A stretch of 64,000 nucleotides of DNA from Spirochaetia bacterium. GTDB taxonomy: Bacteria; Spirochaetota; Spirochaetia; DSM-2461. Of the stretch, positions 9,074-18,690 are shown one piece after another; the stretch's first letter is position 1; each line of letters opens with the position of its first letter. The stretch spans positions 1,408,001-1,472,000 of the forward strand of contig OY764216.1 in NCBI GenBank assembly GCA_963668315.1, in the 5' to 3' direction. Position numbers and translations under genes: made by a program. The notes under the pieces were generated by a model. That model saw only the letters and a program-made list of their open reading frames with translations, was not told where the DNA came from and searched no databases.

Positions 9074-9113
9074 AGAAAAAGCGATTGAATTTTGAAATAA
9101 AGGAGTATCTCCC

Positions 9114-9584
9114 GTGTCGAATGGTTTTGTAAAGGATAAGGAAGACCTGTTTGAATTAATGGAGAAATTCGAAAAATCTGATATGAGCGAACTGACTCTC
9201 AAATTTGACGATCAGCTCATTAAAATGAAAAAGGGGGGCGATCAGAATATTATGGCACCCCTGGCTCCCATGGCCCAGCAGTACGCCGCTGCACCTGCGG
9301 TATCCGCAAGTGCTCCGGCTTCCGATGCTCCGGCCGCCGTCGAGGGTGAAATTATCTCCGCCCCTCTGGTGGGAACCTTTTACCGTCAGCCCGCACCGGA
9401 TGCCCCTCCCTTCGTAGAAGCGGGGACCAAAGTTAAAGCCGGTGACACTCTTTGTATTCTGGAAGCCATGAAGATCATGAATGAGCTGGAAGCGGAGTTT
9501 GACTGTGAAATACTGGAAGTTCTGATTGATTCGGGGGCTCTCGCCGAATTCGGAACACCTCTTTACCGGGTAAAACGCTTATGA
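9114..9584 (+). CDS. accB: Acetyl-CoA carboxylase biotin carboxyl carrier protein
   Basis: GTG after AAGGAG; APLVGTFY, EAMK biotinylation motif. Confidence 0.96.
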   Translation: MSNGFVKDKEDLFELMEKFEKSDMSELTLKFDDQLIKMKKGGDQNIMAPLAPMAQQYAAAPAVSASAPASDAPAAVEGEIISAPLVGTFYRQPAPDAPPFVEAGTKVKAGDTLCILEAMKIMNELEAEFDCEILEVLIDSGALAEFGTPLYRVKRL

Positions 9585-10897
9585 TCAAGCGCCTTCTGAT
9601 AGCAAACAGAGGGGAGATCGCCGTTCGAATTATCAGAACTTGCCGCGAATTGGACATTGAAACGGTTGTGGTTTATTCCCAGGCGGACGAAGACTCCCTG
9701 CCCGTAAAAATGGCTGATCAGGCCGTTTGCATTGGACCTCCGTCCTCCACGGAGAGTTATCTTAAGAAAGAAAGCCTCATCAGTACGGCCCTGGCCACGA
9801 GATGTGAGGCTATACATCCCGGGGTCGGTTTTCTTTCGGAGAACGCCGATTTTGCCGAAATGTCCAGGGAGGCAGGTCTGATCTTTATCGGTCCCGACCC
9901 CCGGGTCACCCGGATGCTGGGAGACAAGGTTCAGGCCAAGAGAACCGCCGATGAAGCGGGTCTTCCCCTGATCCCCGGCAGCGACGGCGCTGTGGAGTCG
10001 GTGGAAAAGGCTCTGGAACTGTCCAGGAGTATGGGATTCCCCCTTATCGTGAAAGCAGCTTCCGGCGGCGGCGGAAAGGGTATGCGCATCGTTAATTCCG
10101 AAGCGGAATTGAAATCGGCATTTCCCATAGCCAGCCAGGAGGCGGCCAATAATTTCGGCGACCCGACTCTGTATATGGAAAAATACATGACCAGGCCCCG
10201 TCACGTGGAAGTTCAGCTTCTGGCCGACGGTAAGGATAACGTCATCTATCTGGGGGAGAGGGATTGTTCTGTACAGAAAAATCACCAGAAACTCCTGGAA
10301 GAGTCTCCCTCCACCATCCTTACCGATGATATGCGGGACAGGATTGAAAAAGCTTCGGTGACCCTTTTCAGAAATATCGGGTACTGCGGAGCGGGAACGA
10401 TCGAATTCCTCGTGGAAGGGGGAGAGTTCTTTTTCATGGAGGTCAACGCCCGGGTGCAGGTGGAACATACCGTTACCGAACTCATGACGGGAGTGGATAT
10501 AATCCGCCAGCAGATTCTGGCCTGTACCACCGGTCGGATGGAAATAACCCAGGACGATGTGAATGTTAAGGGTTATGCCCTTGAGGCCCGTATCAATGCC
10601 AGAGGTGCCGGTCGGATTACAAACTTTTTTCCTCCCCTGGGACCCTACGTCAGGGTTGATACTCATATCTTCCCCGGCTATCTGGTTCCTCCCTATTACG
10701 ATTCCATGATAGCGAAGGTTCTTGTTCAGGCACCCAACAGAACACAGGGAATCAAGCGGATGATCCGTGTTCTCAAGGAAATGGAGCTGGAAGGGGTAGA
10801 GACCAACCGGGATGAGCAGATCGTTCTGCTGAAATGCCGTCCCTTCCAGTCGGGTAATTTCGATACGGCCCTCTACGGCCAGATCATTAAAGACTGA
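9581..10897 (+). CDS. accC: Biotin carboxylase
   Basis: IANRGEIA, GGGGKGMR, ERDCSVQ, FMEVNARVQVEH, YYDSMIAK. Confidence 0.96.
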   Translation: MIKRLLIANRGEIAVRIIRTCRELDIETVVVYSQADEDSLPVKMADQAVCIGPPSSTESYLKKESLISTALATRCEAIHPGVGFLSENADFAEMSREAGLIFIGPDPRVTRMLGDKVQAKRTADEAGLPLIPGSDGAVESVEKALELSRSMGFPLIVKAASGGGGKGMRIVNSEAELKSAFPIASQEAANNFGDPTLYMEKYMTRPRHVEVQLLADGKDNVIYLGERDCSVQKNHQKLLEESPSTILTDDMRDRIEKASVTLFRNIGYCGAGTIEFLVEGGEFFFMEVNARVQVEHTVTELMTGVDIIRQQILACTTGRMEITQDDVNVKGYALEARINARGAGRITNFFPPLGPYVRVDTHIFPGYLVPPYYDSMIAKVLVQAPNRTQGIKRMIRVLKEMELEGVETNRDEQIVLLKCRPFQSGNFDTALYGQIIKD

Positions 10898-10907
10898 GGA
10901 TAACCCT

Positions 10908-11708
10908 ATGGTAGATATGAATAATCCCTATGCCCAGGTCCAGGAGGCAGAGTGCCCCCGGTGCATGACCGTCATGACCGCCGAGGCTATGAAAAATCAC
11001 TATCAGGTATGCACAGGCTGCGGCTATCACTTCCGCATGCCCGCCGCCGCCCGAATCCATCATATTGTTGACGAAGGTTCTTTTCAGGAAATGGATCATG
11101 ACCTGGTCAGTAAAAACCCCATTGCCATCAAGGGGTACGAGGAGAAAATCTCCGAGGCCCAGAAAAAGTCCGATCTGTCCGATGCCGTGGTAACCGGTAC
11201 CGCCAGAATCGACGGGCAGAACTGTGTCCTGGGGGTTATGTCCTTCCAGTTCATGGGAGGCAGCATGGGATCCGTCGTAGGTGAGAAGATCACCCGGGCC
11301 ATGCTTCATGGAGCCGATACGAATCAGCCTGTGATTCTCTTTACCGCTTCCGGCGGCGCCCGTATGCAGGAGGGAATCTTTTCCCTGATGCAGATGGCAA
11401 AAACGGCCAATGCCGCCGCCCTGCTTGATGATCTGGGTATCCCCCTGTTTATCGTTCTTACCCATCCTACTACCGGTGGTGTAACGGCTTCCTTCGCCAT
11501 GCTGGGCGATGTCACTCTGGCCGAACCGGGCGCCCTGATCGGGTTTGCCGGTCCCCGGGTTATCGAGGGAACGATCAATAAGAAACTTCCCGCCGGTTTC
11601 CAGAGTGCCGAATTCCAGCAGGAAAAGGGGTTCGTTGATAAAATCGTCCCCCGGAAGGAACTCAAAAAGACCCTGTCCTTTCTGATCAGGACCCATACAG
11701 GAGCGTAA
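10908..11708 (+). CDS. accD: Carboxyltransferase beta subunit
   Basis: C4 zinc finger, FMGGSMG, SGGARMQEG, PTTGGV, GFAGPRV. Confidence 0.96.
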   Translation: MVDMNNPYAQVQEAECPRCMTVMTAEAMKNHYQVCTGCGYHFRMPAAARIHHIVDEGSFQEMDHDLVSKNPIAIKGYEEKISEAQKKSDLSDAVVTGTARIDGQNCVLGVMSFQFMGGSMGSVVGEKITRAMLHGADTNQPVILFTASGGARMQEGIFSLMQMAKTANAAALLDDLGIPLFIVLTHPTTGGVTASFAMLGDVTLAEPGALIGFAGPRVIEGTINKKLPAGFQSAEFQQEKGFVDKIVPRKELKKTLSFLIRTHTGA

Positions 11709-11711
11709 GCT

Positions 11712-12671
11712 GTGGACGAACTGAAAAACAAGCTGGAAGAGCTGAAGGCTCTGGCCGGCAAGGAAAATCTGGATATAAACAAAAATCTGGCAGAGATCGA
11801 GGCTATGCTCAATGTGGGCAAGGATTCTCCCACCTGGGAAAAGGTCCAGCTGGCCCGCCGCCTGGACAGACCGGGGGCTCTTGAATACATCAGCCTGATC
11901 TGCGACGAGTTCATGGAGCTGCACGGCGACCGTTATTTCAAGGATGATCCGGCCCTTATCGGAGGCATCGGCACAATCAACGGTCAGGCCATCACTTTTA
12001 TCGGAAATCAGAAGGGTTCCAACCTCAAGGAGAACCTCTACCGCAACCACGGTATGGGAAGCCCCGAAGGCTACCGGAAGGCCCTGCGCCTGGTTAAACA
12101 GGCCGAGAAGTTCCACCGTCCTGTCGTCTCCTTCATAGATACATCGGGTGCCTATCCCGGACCCGAAGCGGAAGCGCGGGGAATCGGAGAGGCTATTGCC
12201 CGGAATCTCAAGGAATTTTCCCTGGTGAAGGTTCCCATTATCTGTTTCGTCATTGGCGAAGGCGGATCGGGCGGTGCCCTGGGAATCGGCGTGGGCGATA
12301 AGCTTTACATGCTGGAAAATTCCATCTACTCCGTCATATCCCCGGAAGGTTTCGCTTCGATTCTTCTGCGTGACAGCAATAAGGCCAAGGAAGCGGCGGA
12401 TATCATGAAGATGACAGCCAAGGATCTCTTCGAGTTCGGCATTATACACGGCATCATTCCCGAAGCTCCCGGCGGAGCCCAGAATGATCCGTCCTACACC
12501 GCGAATATGATCAAGGAGCTCATCCTTTCCAATATCGAAGTGCTTAGTAAAAAGAAACCGGACAGCCTCATACGCTACCGGTCCCGTAAAATCCGGGAAA
12601 TCGGTCAGTTTACCGAAAACGCCGGGAAAGAGCAGGACCTTTTCAGTCTGTTTTCCCGTCTCTTCTCATAA
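11712..12671 (+). CDS. accA: Carboxyltransferase alpha subunit
   Basis: ELHGDR, PEGYRKALR, GEGGSGGAL, YSVISPEG. Confidence 0.96.
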   Translation: MDELKNKLEELKALAGKENLDINKNLAEIEAMLNVGKDSPTWEKVQLARRLDRPGALEYISLICDEFMELHGDRYFKDDPALIGGIGTINGQAITFIGNQKGSNLKENLYRNHGMGSPEGYRKALRLVKQAEKFHRPVVSFIDTSGAYPGPEAEARGIGEAIARNLKEFSLVKVPIICFVIGEGGSGGALGIGVGDKLYMLENSIYSVISPEGFASILLRDSNKAKEAADIMKMTAKDLFEFGIIHGIIPEAPGGAQNDPSYTANMIKELILSNIEVLSKKKPDSLIRYRSRKIREIGQFTENAGKEQDLFSLFSRLFS

Positions 12672-13587
12672 ACTCATGCGGGGTTCGGTTCTTCCGGATC
12701 CCGCTGTTATTTTCCCTGCCCGCTGGATGAATTTCGTCATAAACGACAAGGCACCTCTCCCGCAGAGACCGTAGAACCGGAGAGTCTTTCACGGGGTTAC
12801 CAAGAAGGTTCACATATTCCAGGTCAGGCAGATTCATCAGAGGGCTTAGATCTTCCACTTCGTTAAACGAAAGATCCACCGTCTTGAGGCTTTTTAAGAA
12901 TTCCAGAGGGGATATATCCTCTATTTCGTTTCTGCCCAGATAGAGTGCGGAAAGACAGGGAATCTCATCGATCCCCCATAATCTTGCTATTCTATTTCCC
13001 TCCAGATTCAGGCTGGTTATATTCCGGCAGTATTCAATCCCCTTAAGATCTTCTATTTCACTCCATGAGAGATCCAGGGCACCTTCCAGATAGTAAAGAT
13101 CCTTGGGGAGAAAATCGGAAAAAAGATTCCCGTACATCATGGCATGGACCGCTTCGAGGAAGCCCCAATTCTCCGAAATCTCTTCTCTTACAGAGAGCCC
13201 GTCCAGGTAATCCGTCCAAAGACCGTCGCCCCTATGAACCATCTCGCCATCGGTTGTGTAGGTCTCATGAACGGTCGGGATGGTCTGAACGGGGACTTCC
13301 GAGGCTATCTTGATATTCTGTCTCATCCTCATCAGAGCTCTGTTGTTGCCTTCGGCTGTATAATGGCGGATCATATTGTGAAAATGACTTTTTCTGTCCG
13401 GATGGAACATCACCATAAGTCTTTTAAAGAGCCGGCCGCCCTTTGCCGGGAAATCCTCCGGATTCAGCCCCGCACTCCGGGCCAGGGCATCAAGTGTTTC
13501 CCTGTCTCTTCTCCCATAGGCATTAATGATCCTGGAGGTGATTTTCCCCAGATTTTCTTCACTGTAAAGTCTTAATAAATCTTTCAC
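12643..13587 (-). CDS. Leucine-rich-repeat protein with an N-terminal HPD (J-domain-like) motif
   Basis: Internalin-type LRRs (LNLEGNRI, LYLGRNEIEDISPL, VDLSFNEVEDLSPL, VNLLGNPV); 'FKRLMVMFHPDRK'. Confidence 0.8.
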   Translation of the reverse strand: MKDLLRLYSEENLGKITSRIINAYGRRDRETLDALARSAGLNPEDFPAKGGRLFKRLMVMFHPDRKSHFHNMIRHYTAEGNNRALMRMRQNIKIASEVPVQTIPTVHETYTTDGEMVHRGDGLWTDYLDGLSVREEISENWGFLEAVHAMMYGNLFSDFLPKDLYYLEGALDLSWSEIEDLKGIEYCRNITSLNLEGNRIARLWGIDEIPCLSALYLGRNEIEDISPLEFLKSLKTVDLSFNEVEDLSPLMNLPDLEYVNLLGNPVKDSPVLRSLRERCLVVYDEIHPAGRENNSGIRKNRTPHEFMRRDGKTD

Positions 13588-13793
13588 GATTCCCCCTGTT
13601 TGACGGAAGCATTCTTGACAAAAAAAGAAAAGAATACTAGAATTTAGTTAACGAATTATAAATATATATCCGGTAAAGAAATAATTAATTAATCGCCTTG
13701 TGGTAATATAGCTCTTACCTTTTATGGAATCAAGAATAAGCTTCAATTTTCTCTTTTTTGAATCCGGGGAAACATGGTATAGTTTTATTTATT

Positions 13794-14600
13794 ATGGCAT
13801 TTCAACGTATAGGGGAGCTTTCCGGACTGACGGGAATCCCCGCATCAACACTCAGATTTTATGAGACCCATGGAATTACCCAACCTCTTAAAGAAGCTCA
13901 AAATCAGTATCGCTTATACACTCCGCAGGATTCCTGCCGTGTTTTAATCACGAAAATGTTGAGAAGTTTCGGGTGTAATCTGGATGAGGCTTTTCAGGTC
14001 GTGACCAGAAATGATTTGCCTTCCACACTGGATTTTCTGGAAGAGAGAGAAAGACAGCTCGATAGGGAGATCGGCATGCTGGAAGATCGGAAACGGGGGC
14101 TACAGGAGCATAGGAAACGAATCGGGGATACCATGGCGTTACAGGGGCGTGTTAAAATCTCAGAACGAAATGCTTTCTATCGTTTCGCTTCAATCTCGGG
14201 GGGGCAGATTCTGAAAAACCATCAGCTTAAGGAACTTTCCTCTCAATGGATGGAACAGCTGCCTTTTCTCCATTATTCCATGGAGATTCCGGTCGGAAAA
14301 GAGGGCGTTTATCCCGAGGATGTGTCCTGGGGATTCTCTATGGATGAGAAGGAGCTTGACAAACTGAATCTGGAAATCCCCCGTGAGGCGGAATATTTCC
14401 CCTCATCCAGAGTTGTGGAGACCTGTCTTCTTCGAGAATCGGCCGGTTTTCTGGATGAGAGAGACCGGGATATCGTCAGGCAGTTCCGGGAAATCTCTCC
14501 CTGTGAAATCACCGGTCCTGTGGTCGGAGAGTTTTTAATGATATGCCATGAGGACGGCCAGGAGTACTATCTCTATCATCTCAGCTGTTCAGTTAAATAA
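13794..14600 (+). CDS. MerR family transcriptional regulator
   Basis: RIGELSGLTGIPASTLRFYE...NQYRLY HTH, coiled coil, C-terminal effector domain. Confidence 0.9.
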   Translation: MAFQRIGELSGLTGIPASTLRFYETHGITQPLKEAQNQYRLYTPQDSCRVLITKMLRSFGCNLDEAFQVVTRNDLPSTLDFLEERERQLDREIGMLEDRKRGLQEHRKRIGDTMALQGRVKISERNAFYRFASISGGQILKNHQLKELSSQWMEQLPFLHYSMEIPVGKEGVYPEDVSWGFSMDEKELDKLNLEIPREAEYFPSSRVVETCLLRESAGFLDERDRDIVRQFREISPCEITGPVVGEFLMICHEDGQEYYLYHLSCSVK

Positions 14601-14625
14601 ATAACGATAAAATTATATCTTTTCC

Positions 14626-14656
14626 TTGACCTTCAAGCGGCTTTAAACTTTATGCT
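14626..14656 (+). promoter_or_regulatory. MerR-type promoter (19-bp spacer with dyad)
   Basis: TTGACC-N19-TATGCT; the spacer contains TTCAAGC-G-GCTTTAA. Confidence 0.8.
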
Positions 14657-14701
14657 TACCCCTGTTATCCCCTCTATTCAAGGTGAGGGGCAGGAGGAAT
14701 T

Positions 14702-16558
14702 ATGAGTTTACTTAGAAAATCAGGTATGATCTTCCTTTTTTTCGCAGCCTTTTTTTGTCTGTTGATCGGCTGTTCCGGAGGAAAGGGTGATTTGACATTC
14801 AACGCGGGAACTTACCAGGCCGAGGGGCAAGGGCATAACGGGCCTGTTCAGGTAGAAGTAAAGTTCAGCGGCAGCAAAATTGAAACTGTGCGGGTCACTG
14901 AGCATAACGAATCGGATGGAATCGCCGACAAAGCTCTTGAGACGATTCCCATGGAGATTGTCAAGGAACAGAGCCTCTCCGTGGATACTGTCTCCGGCGC
15001 CACCTATGTCAGTCGGGCGATTATTGATGCGGTAGCCGATGCGGTAAAGCAGGCGGGAGAAGATCCCGCTAAGCTGATTGGCGAGGTTGCAGGGAAGAGT
15101 GAGAAAGGGGAAGTGAAGGACATTGAAACTCAGGTCGTCATAGCGGGTGCCGGTGGAGCCGGACTGGCTGCGGCAACAGCCTCCATCCAGGCCGGCTACG
15201 AGACGATTCTTCTGGAGAAACAGTCCTATGCGGGCGGCGGCTTCAATTACGTGGAAGGTGTCTTCGGACTGGACAGCCCTATCCAGAAAGCGGCCGGTGT
15301 TGATCTGGATCTGGAGGAGATGTTCAAGGAATCCATGGATTTTCATCACTGGCTTGCCAATTCCGCTTTGGTTAAGGCTTTCTATGAGAATGCCGGCGAT
15401 TCCATTCAATGGCTTATGGACAGGGGTGTGAAATTCCGCGGGGTTATTACGGCCAATCCGCCGAACGGCAATGTGGCCTGGCACCTTTTCGAGGGAGGTC
15501 AGGCGGGACGTCTGGCTGTTCAGTCTCTGAAAAAAATTATTGAAGAGAGTCCTAACGGGCAGCTGCTGTTTGAAACACCCGCCCGGGAGCTGATTATTGA
15601 AAATGGAAAAGTGGCCGGCATCAAAGCGGTTCAGGCGGACGGAACCGTGCTGAACATCCATGCCGATGCCGTCATTCTGGCAACGGGCGGTTTTTCCAGT
15701 AATGAGGAGCTGAAGGAGAAGTATCTCCGCTTTTCCGGATATCAGAATATCGGAGCCGGCGGACGGGAGGGTGACGGTATCCGAATGCTGGAGCAGGTTG
15801 ATGCCCAGTTCACCGGGATGAGCGCCGTACTGGAAGCCGGACTGGTTATGCCCATTCCGATCAGCCAGCAGATGGGACCGGAAACCCGTTATCCCGGAAT
15901 TCTGGGGACGATCTATAATGAGGGACTTCTGACTGTCAGCCAGCAGGGAGACCGGTACATGAACGAGAGACTGCCCATCGAATTCCGGTCCAATGCCACG
16001 GAAAAAGTGGGAGGGAAGGCCTACGTCGTCTTTGATCAGAAAACCGTCAGGGAATTTATGACGACCGGGCAGAGATTCGGCTTCGGAGCCCCCTCTGTCC
16101 TGCCCCAGCTGCAGGAAGGACTGGATCTGGCTCTTTCCGAGAATGCCGAATGGATAGCCAAGGCCGACAGTCTGGAGGAACTGGCCGAAAAGACCGGTAT
16201 GGATCCTCAAAGACTCGGGGTGAGCGTTTCAAAGATTAATCAGTATACCGCCGACGGTTATGACCCCGATTATTATCTGGAGAAAAAAGCCCTTTTCTCC
16301 ATAGACGAAGGACCTTTCTATGCCGTGGAAGTTGTTCTGGGAATGTATGCCACGGTGGGCGGTTCCCAGGTGACCAAAGATCTTCAGGTCGTTAATACTA
16401 AGGGTGAGATTGTGCCCGGACTGTATGCAATCGGCCTAGATGCGGGCGGACTTTACGGAGATACCTACGATATGCGCATAGCCAATGGCGCAGCCAGCGG
16501 ATTCTCCATCACCAGTGCCCGGCTGGCGGTAAGGCATATAGAGAGCTGGCTGAAATAG
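14702..16558 (+). CDS. Lipoprotein with an FMN-binding domain and an FAD-dependent (flavocytochrome/fumarate reductase superfamily) reductase domain
   Basis: Lipobox LIGC; 'GHNGPVQVEV...DTVSGAT'; GAGGAG dinucleotide motif; VILATGGF; 'PGLYAIG'. Confidence 0.9.
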   Translation: MSLLRKSGMIFLFFAAFFCLLIGCSGGKGDLTFNAGTYQAEGQGHNGPVQVEVKFSGSKIETVRVTEHNESDGIADKALETIPMEIVKEQSLSVDTVSGATYVSRAIIDAVADAVKQAGEDPAKLIGEVAGKSEKGEVKDIETQVVIAGAGGAGLAAATASIQAGYETILLEKQSYAGGGFNYVEGVFGLDSPIQKAAGVDLDLEEMFKESMDFHHWLANSALVKAFYENAGDSIQWLMDRGVKFRGVITANPPNGNVAWHLFEGGQAGRLAVQSLKKIIEESPNGQLLFETPARELIIENGKVAGIKAVQADGTVLNIHADAVILATGGFSSNEELKEKYLRFSGYQNIGAGGREGDGIRMLEQVDAQFTGMSAVLEAGLVMPIPISQQMGPETRYPGILGTIYNEGLLTVSQQGDRYMNERLPIEFRSNATEKVGGKAYVVFDQKTVREFMTTGQRFGFGAPSVLPQLQEGLDLALSENAEWIAKADSLEELAEKTGMDPQRLGVSVSKINQYTADGYDPDYYLEKKALFSIDEGPFYAVEVVLGMYATVGGSQVTKDLQVVNTKGEIVPGLYAIGLDAGGLYGDTYDMRIANGAASGFSITSARLAVRHIESWLK

Positions 16559-16582
16559 TCAGGAAAATGTAATCATATCCGC

Positions 16583-16624
16583 AAAAAAAAGCCCGTCACG
16601 GAGAAGATCCGGCGGGCTTTTCTA
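16583..16624. terminator. Bidirectional intrinsic terminator
   Basis: A8-GCCCG...CGGGC-TTTT between convergent genes. Confidence 0.7.
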
Positions 16625-16671
16625 TTATAGGAATCCCGTAAAGGGGATTCATTGAATTCGGGAGAACCGGT

Positions 16672-16983
16672 TTATTTCTTTTCTTCCAGAGTTACCCGTT
16701 CCTCATCCAGCAGCTTTTCGTATTCCACCAGAACAGATTCGGCTTCCTTGAGAGATTCAAGGGCTTCCGCCGCGGTATTTTTGGCCTCCAACGAAGAGTT
16801 GAGCAGGCTTATGAGTGCTTCTCCCTGTTCCAGAAGAGCCATGTTCTGCCTTTCAAGAGCCTCTATCCTCTCTTCCTGATTGTTCAGTACTTCCAGAAAA
16901 GGGTTGGAAGAAGTGTATTCGCTCTCATCGGTCAGCACCAGAAGCGTATCTAATTGACCATTAATAACAACTTTCTTAATCAT
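16672..16983 (-). CDS. Hypothetical coiled-coil protein
   Basis: 103-aa ORF filling the gap between genes; heptad E/L-rich. Confidence 0.6.
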   Translation of the reverse strand: MIKKVVINGQLDTLLVLTDESEYTSSNPFLEVLNNQEERIEALERQNMALLEQGEALISLLNSSLEAKNTAAEALESLKEAESVLVEYEKLLDEERVTLEEKK

Positions 16984-17026
16984 TCTTCTCTAATCGTAAC
17001 AGTTCGTCTCCGGTAAAACAAGTCTT

Positions 17027-18508
17027 TTATCCCTCTTTTTGGAGAAGAGGTTCGGGAAGATGGGCTTTGTTCAGCAAATCGGGCAGGCTTTTTACGGGAT
17101 TAAAGCATTTCGCAGGGATTTCCACAAATGTCGTATTCCAGAAAGCCATCGATCCATTCCAGAGACCGGGGTGCTCCAAGGCTTTCAAGGGGCGACCGTT
17201 AAGGGATTTTTCCACGGTAAAAACGGCATTTCTGTCCACAAATTCCTCAAGATCGATTTTCTCGCCTGAGCAGTTTTTCGGGGAACAGGCAATAAAGACG
17301 GGATTGAAGTGGGTTATCCCTTTCAGTTTTTCTTCGGTCCCTTCCTGCTTCCGGTCTATCTGAGCCGTTTCCACTATCTGGAGCGAGCAGTTGCCCCGGC
17401 CGTCGATAATCCAGAAGGGACCGCCACCCGTATCTCCGTCGTTTCTCACCATGCCGCAGATCCTTACGGGGCGGTTCAGACGCTTCAGAAGGGTCCGGGT
17501 ATCCTCTCTGCCGCAGGAATCAATCCCGCTCCAGCGCTTGAGGGCCTTGCAGGCCGCCTCATGGCTGGCATCGTCCGGGTTCCGGCGCAGATTCTCTTCG
17601 GCCTGGGCCAGTTCTTCCCGGGCTGAAATCAGCAGGGCTCCGAAAATACGGAACCACCGGGCCGAGAGCTCTCTGTATGAACCGGATCCCACATTGTCGA
17701 TGTTCTTGAGAAATATGATATCCTTCTCCAGGGTGTTCAGGTTTCTTATAAGAGAGCCGTGCCCGCCGGGACGCATGAGGAGTGAGCCGTCCTCCCTTCT
17801 GAACAGTTCGCCCTTACCGTCCAGGGCAGGCGTATCGGTTCCCGGCTCCTGAAAGGAGTAACTGATGTTGTATTTTACTCCGAACCTTTCCTCCAGGAAG
17901 GGTACGATCTCTTTCTGCTTTGCTTCAAACAGTCTTTTATGGTCGGGGGAAATGGTGAAATGGATATTCACGGTGCCTTCCCCCTGACAGAGAGCTCCCT
18001 CGCGCAGATGATCTTCAAAGGGTGTTATGCTCCGGCCCTCTTCGCGATGAAAGGGAAGCATGCCCTTGGGGAGAGCGCCCCAGTTCCAGCCTTCCTCTCC
18101 GAGAAGAAAGCTCAGGAGAGCCCATTTCTCTTCATCCCTTTCCGGTTCGCCCTTTATGCCCAGATCGGGATAAAAGGAGAAATCCTTCAGGTTTTCAAAG
18201 AATCTGACGGTGTCCGATGTATCGGTCCCTTTATCCAGATAGGAGAAGAAGTCCTTGAACATCCGGGTGGCTGCCCCCGAGGCGGGTACGAATTTTTCCG
18301 AAGAGAAATTATTCTTGCGGGAAAGCCATATCTTTTCGAGGGCGGCTGTCTCTTCTTCGTTCAATTTCAGAATTCCGTCGCCCACAACGGCGGGACGGAC
18401 AAGGTCGGCAGGTGCGGCGCCCTTTCTGAGAGTTTCCACCAGAAGAAAGAATTCTTCCTCTCCCATACCTCTGTCTTTCAGCATTTTCCTGTCTTCTTCG
18501 GTAAGCAT
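17027..18508 (-). CDS. DUF4301 family protein
   Basis: KFVPASGAATRMFK, RPGGHGSL, KNIDN, CGMVRN.G..GGGPF, THFNPV, LEHPGLWNGSMA. Confidence 0.9.
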   Translation of the reverse strand: MLTEEDRKMLKDRGMGEEEFFLLVETLRKGAAPADLVRPAVVGDGILKLNEEETAALEKIWLSRKNNFSSEKFVPASGAATRMFKDFFSYLDKGTDTSDTVRFFENLKDFSFYPDLGIKGEPERDEEKWALLSFLLGEEGWNWGALPKGMLPFHREEGRSITPFEDHLREGALCQGEGTVNIHFTISPDHKRLFEAKQKEIVPFLEERFGVKYNISYSFQEPGTDTPALDGKGELFRREDGSLLMRPGGHGSLIRNLNTLEKDIIFLKNIDNVGSGSYRELSARWFRIFGALLISAREELAQAEENLRRNPDDASHEAACKALKRWSGIDSCGREDTRTLLKRLNRPVRICGMVRNDGDTGGGPFWIIDGRGNCSLQIVETAQIDRKQEGTEEKLKGITHFNPVFIACSPKNCSGEKIDLEEFVDRNAVFTVEKSLNGRPLKALEHPGLWNGSMAFWNTTFVEIPAKCFNPVKSLPDLLNKAHLPEPLLQKEG

Positions 18509-18690
18509 TCTTTATCCTTTTTAATATCTGGAATAGTTTCAATATATCATAGGATCGGGGATTAATCCTGTCAGCTTTTTATGAGAACGGCCATTTTCGG
18601 GAAAGATGTTTTTACCTTGGGTAAAAAAACTTGACCTTTTGCATCTGCCTTAGTATTTTAGGTGAAAACAAAAGGCATCATGAGGTTAAT

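Noticed and set aside
18510..18690. CIRCE element or hrcA upstream of grpE
   Set aside because: No TTAGCACTC-N9-GAGTGCTAA match and no hrcA ORF seen.
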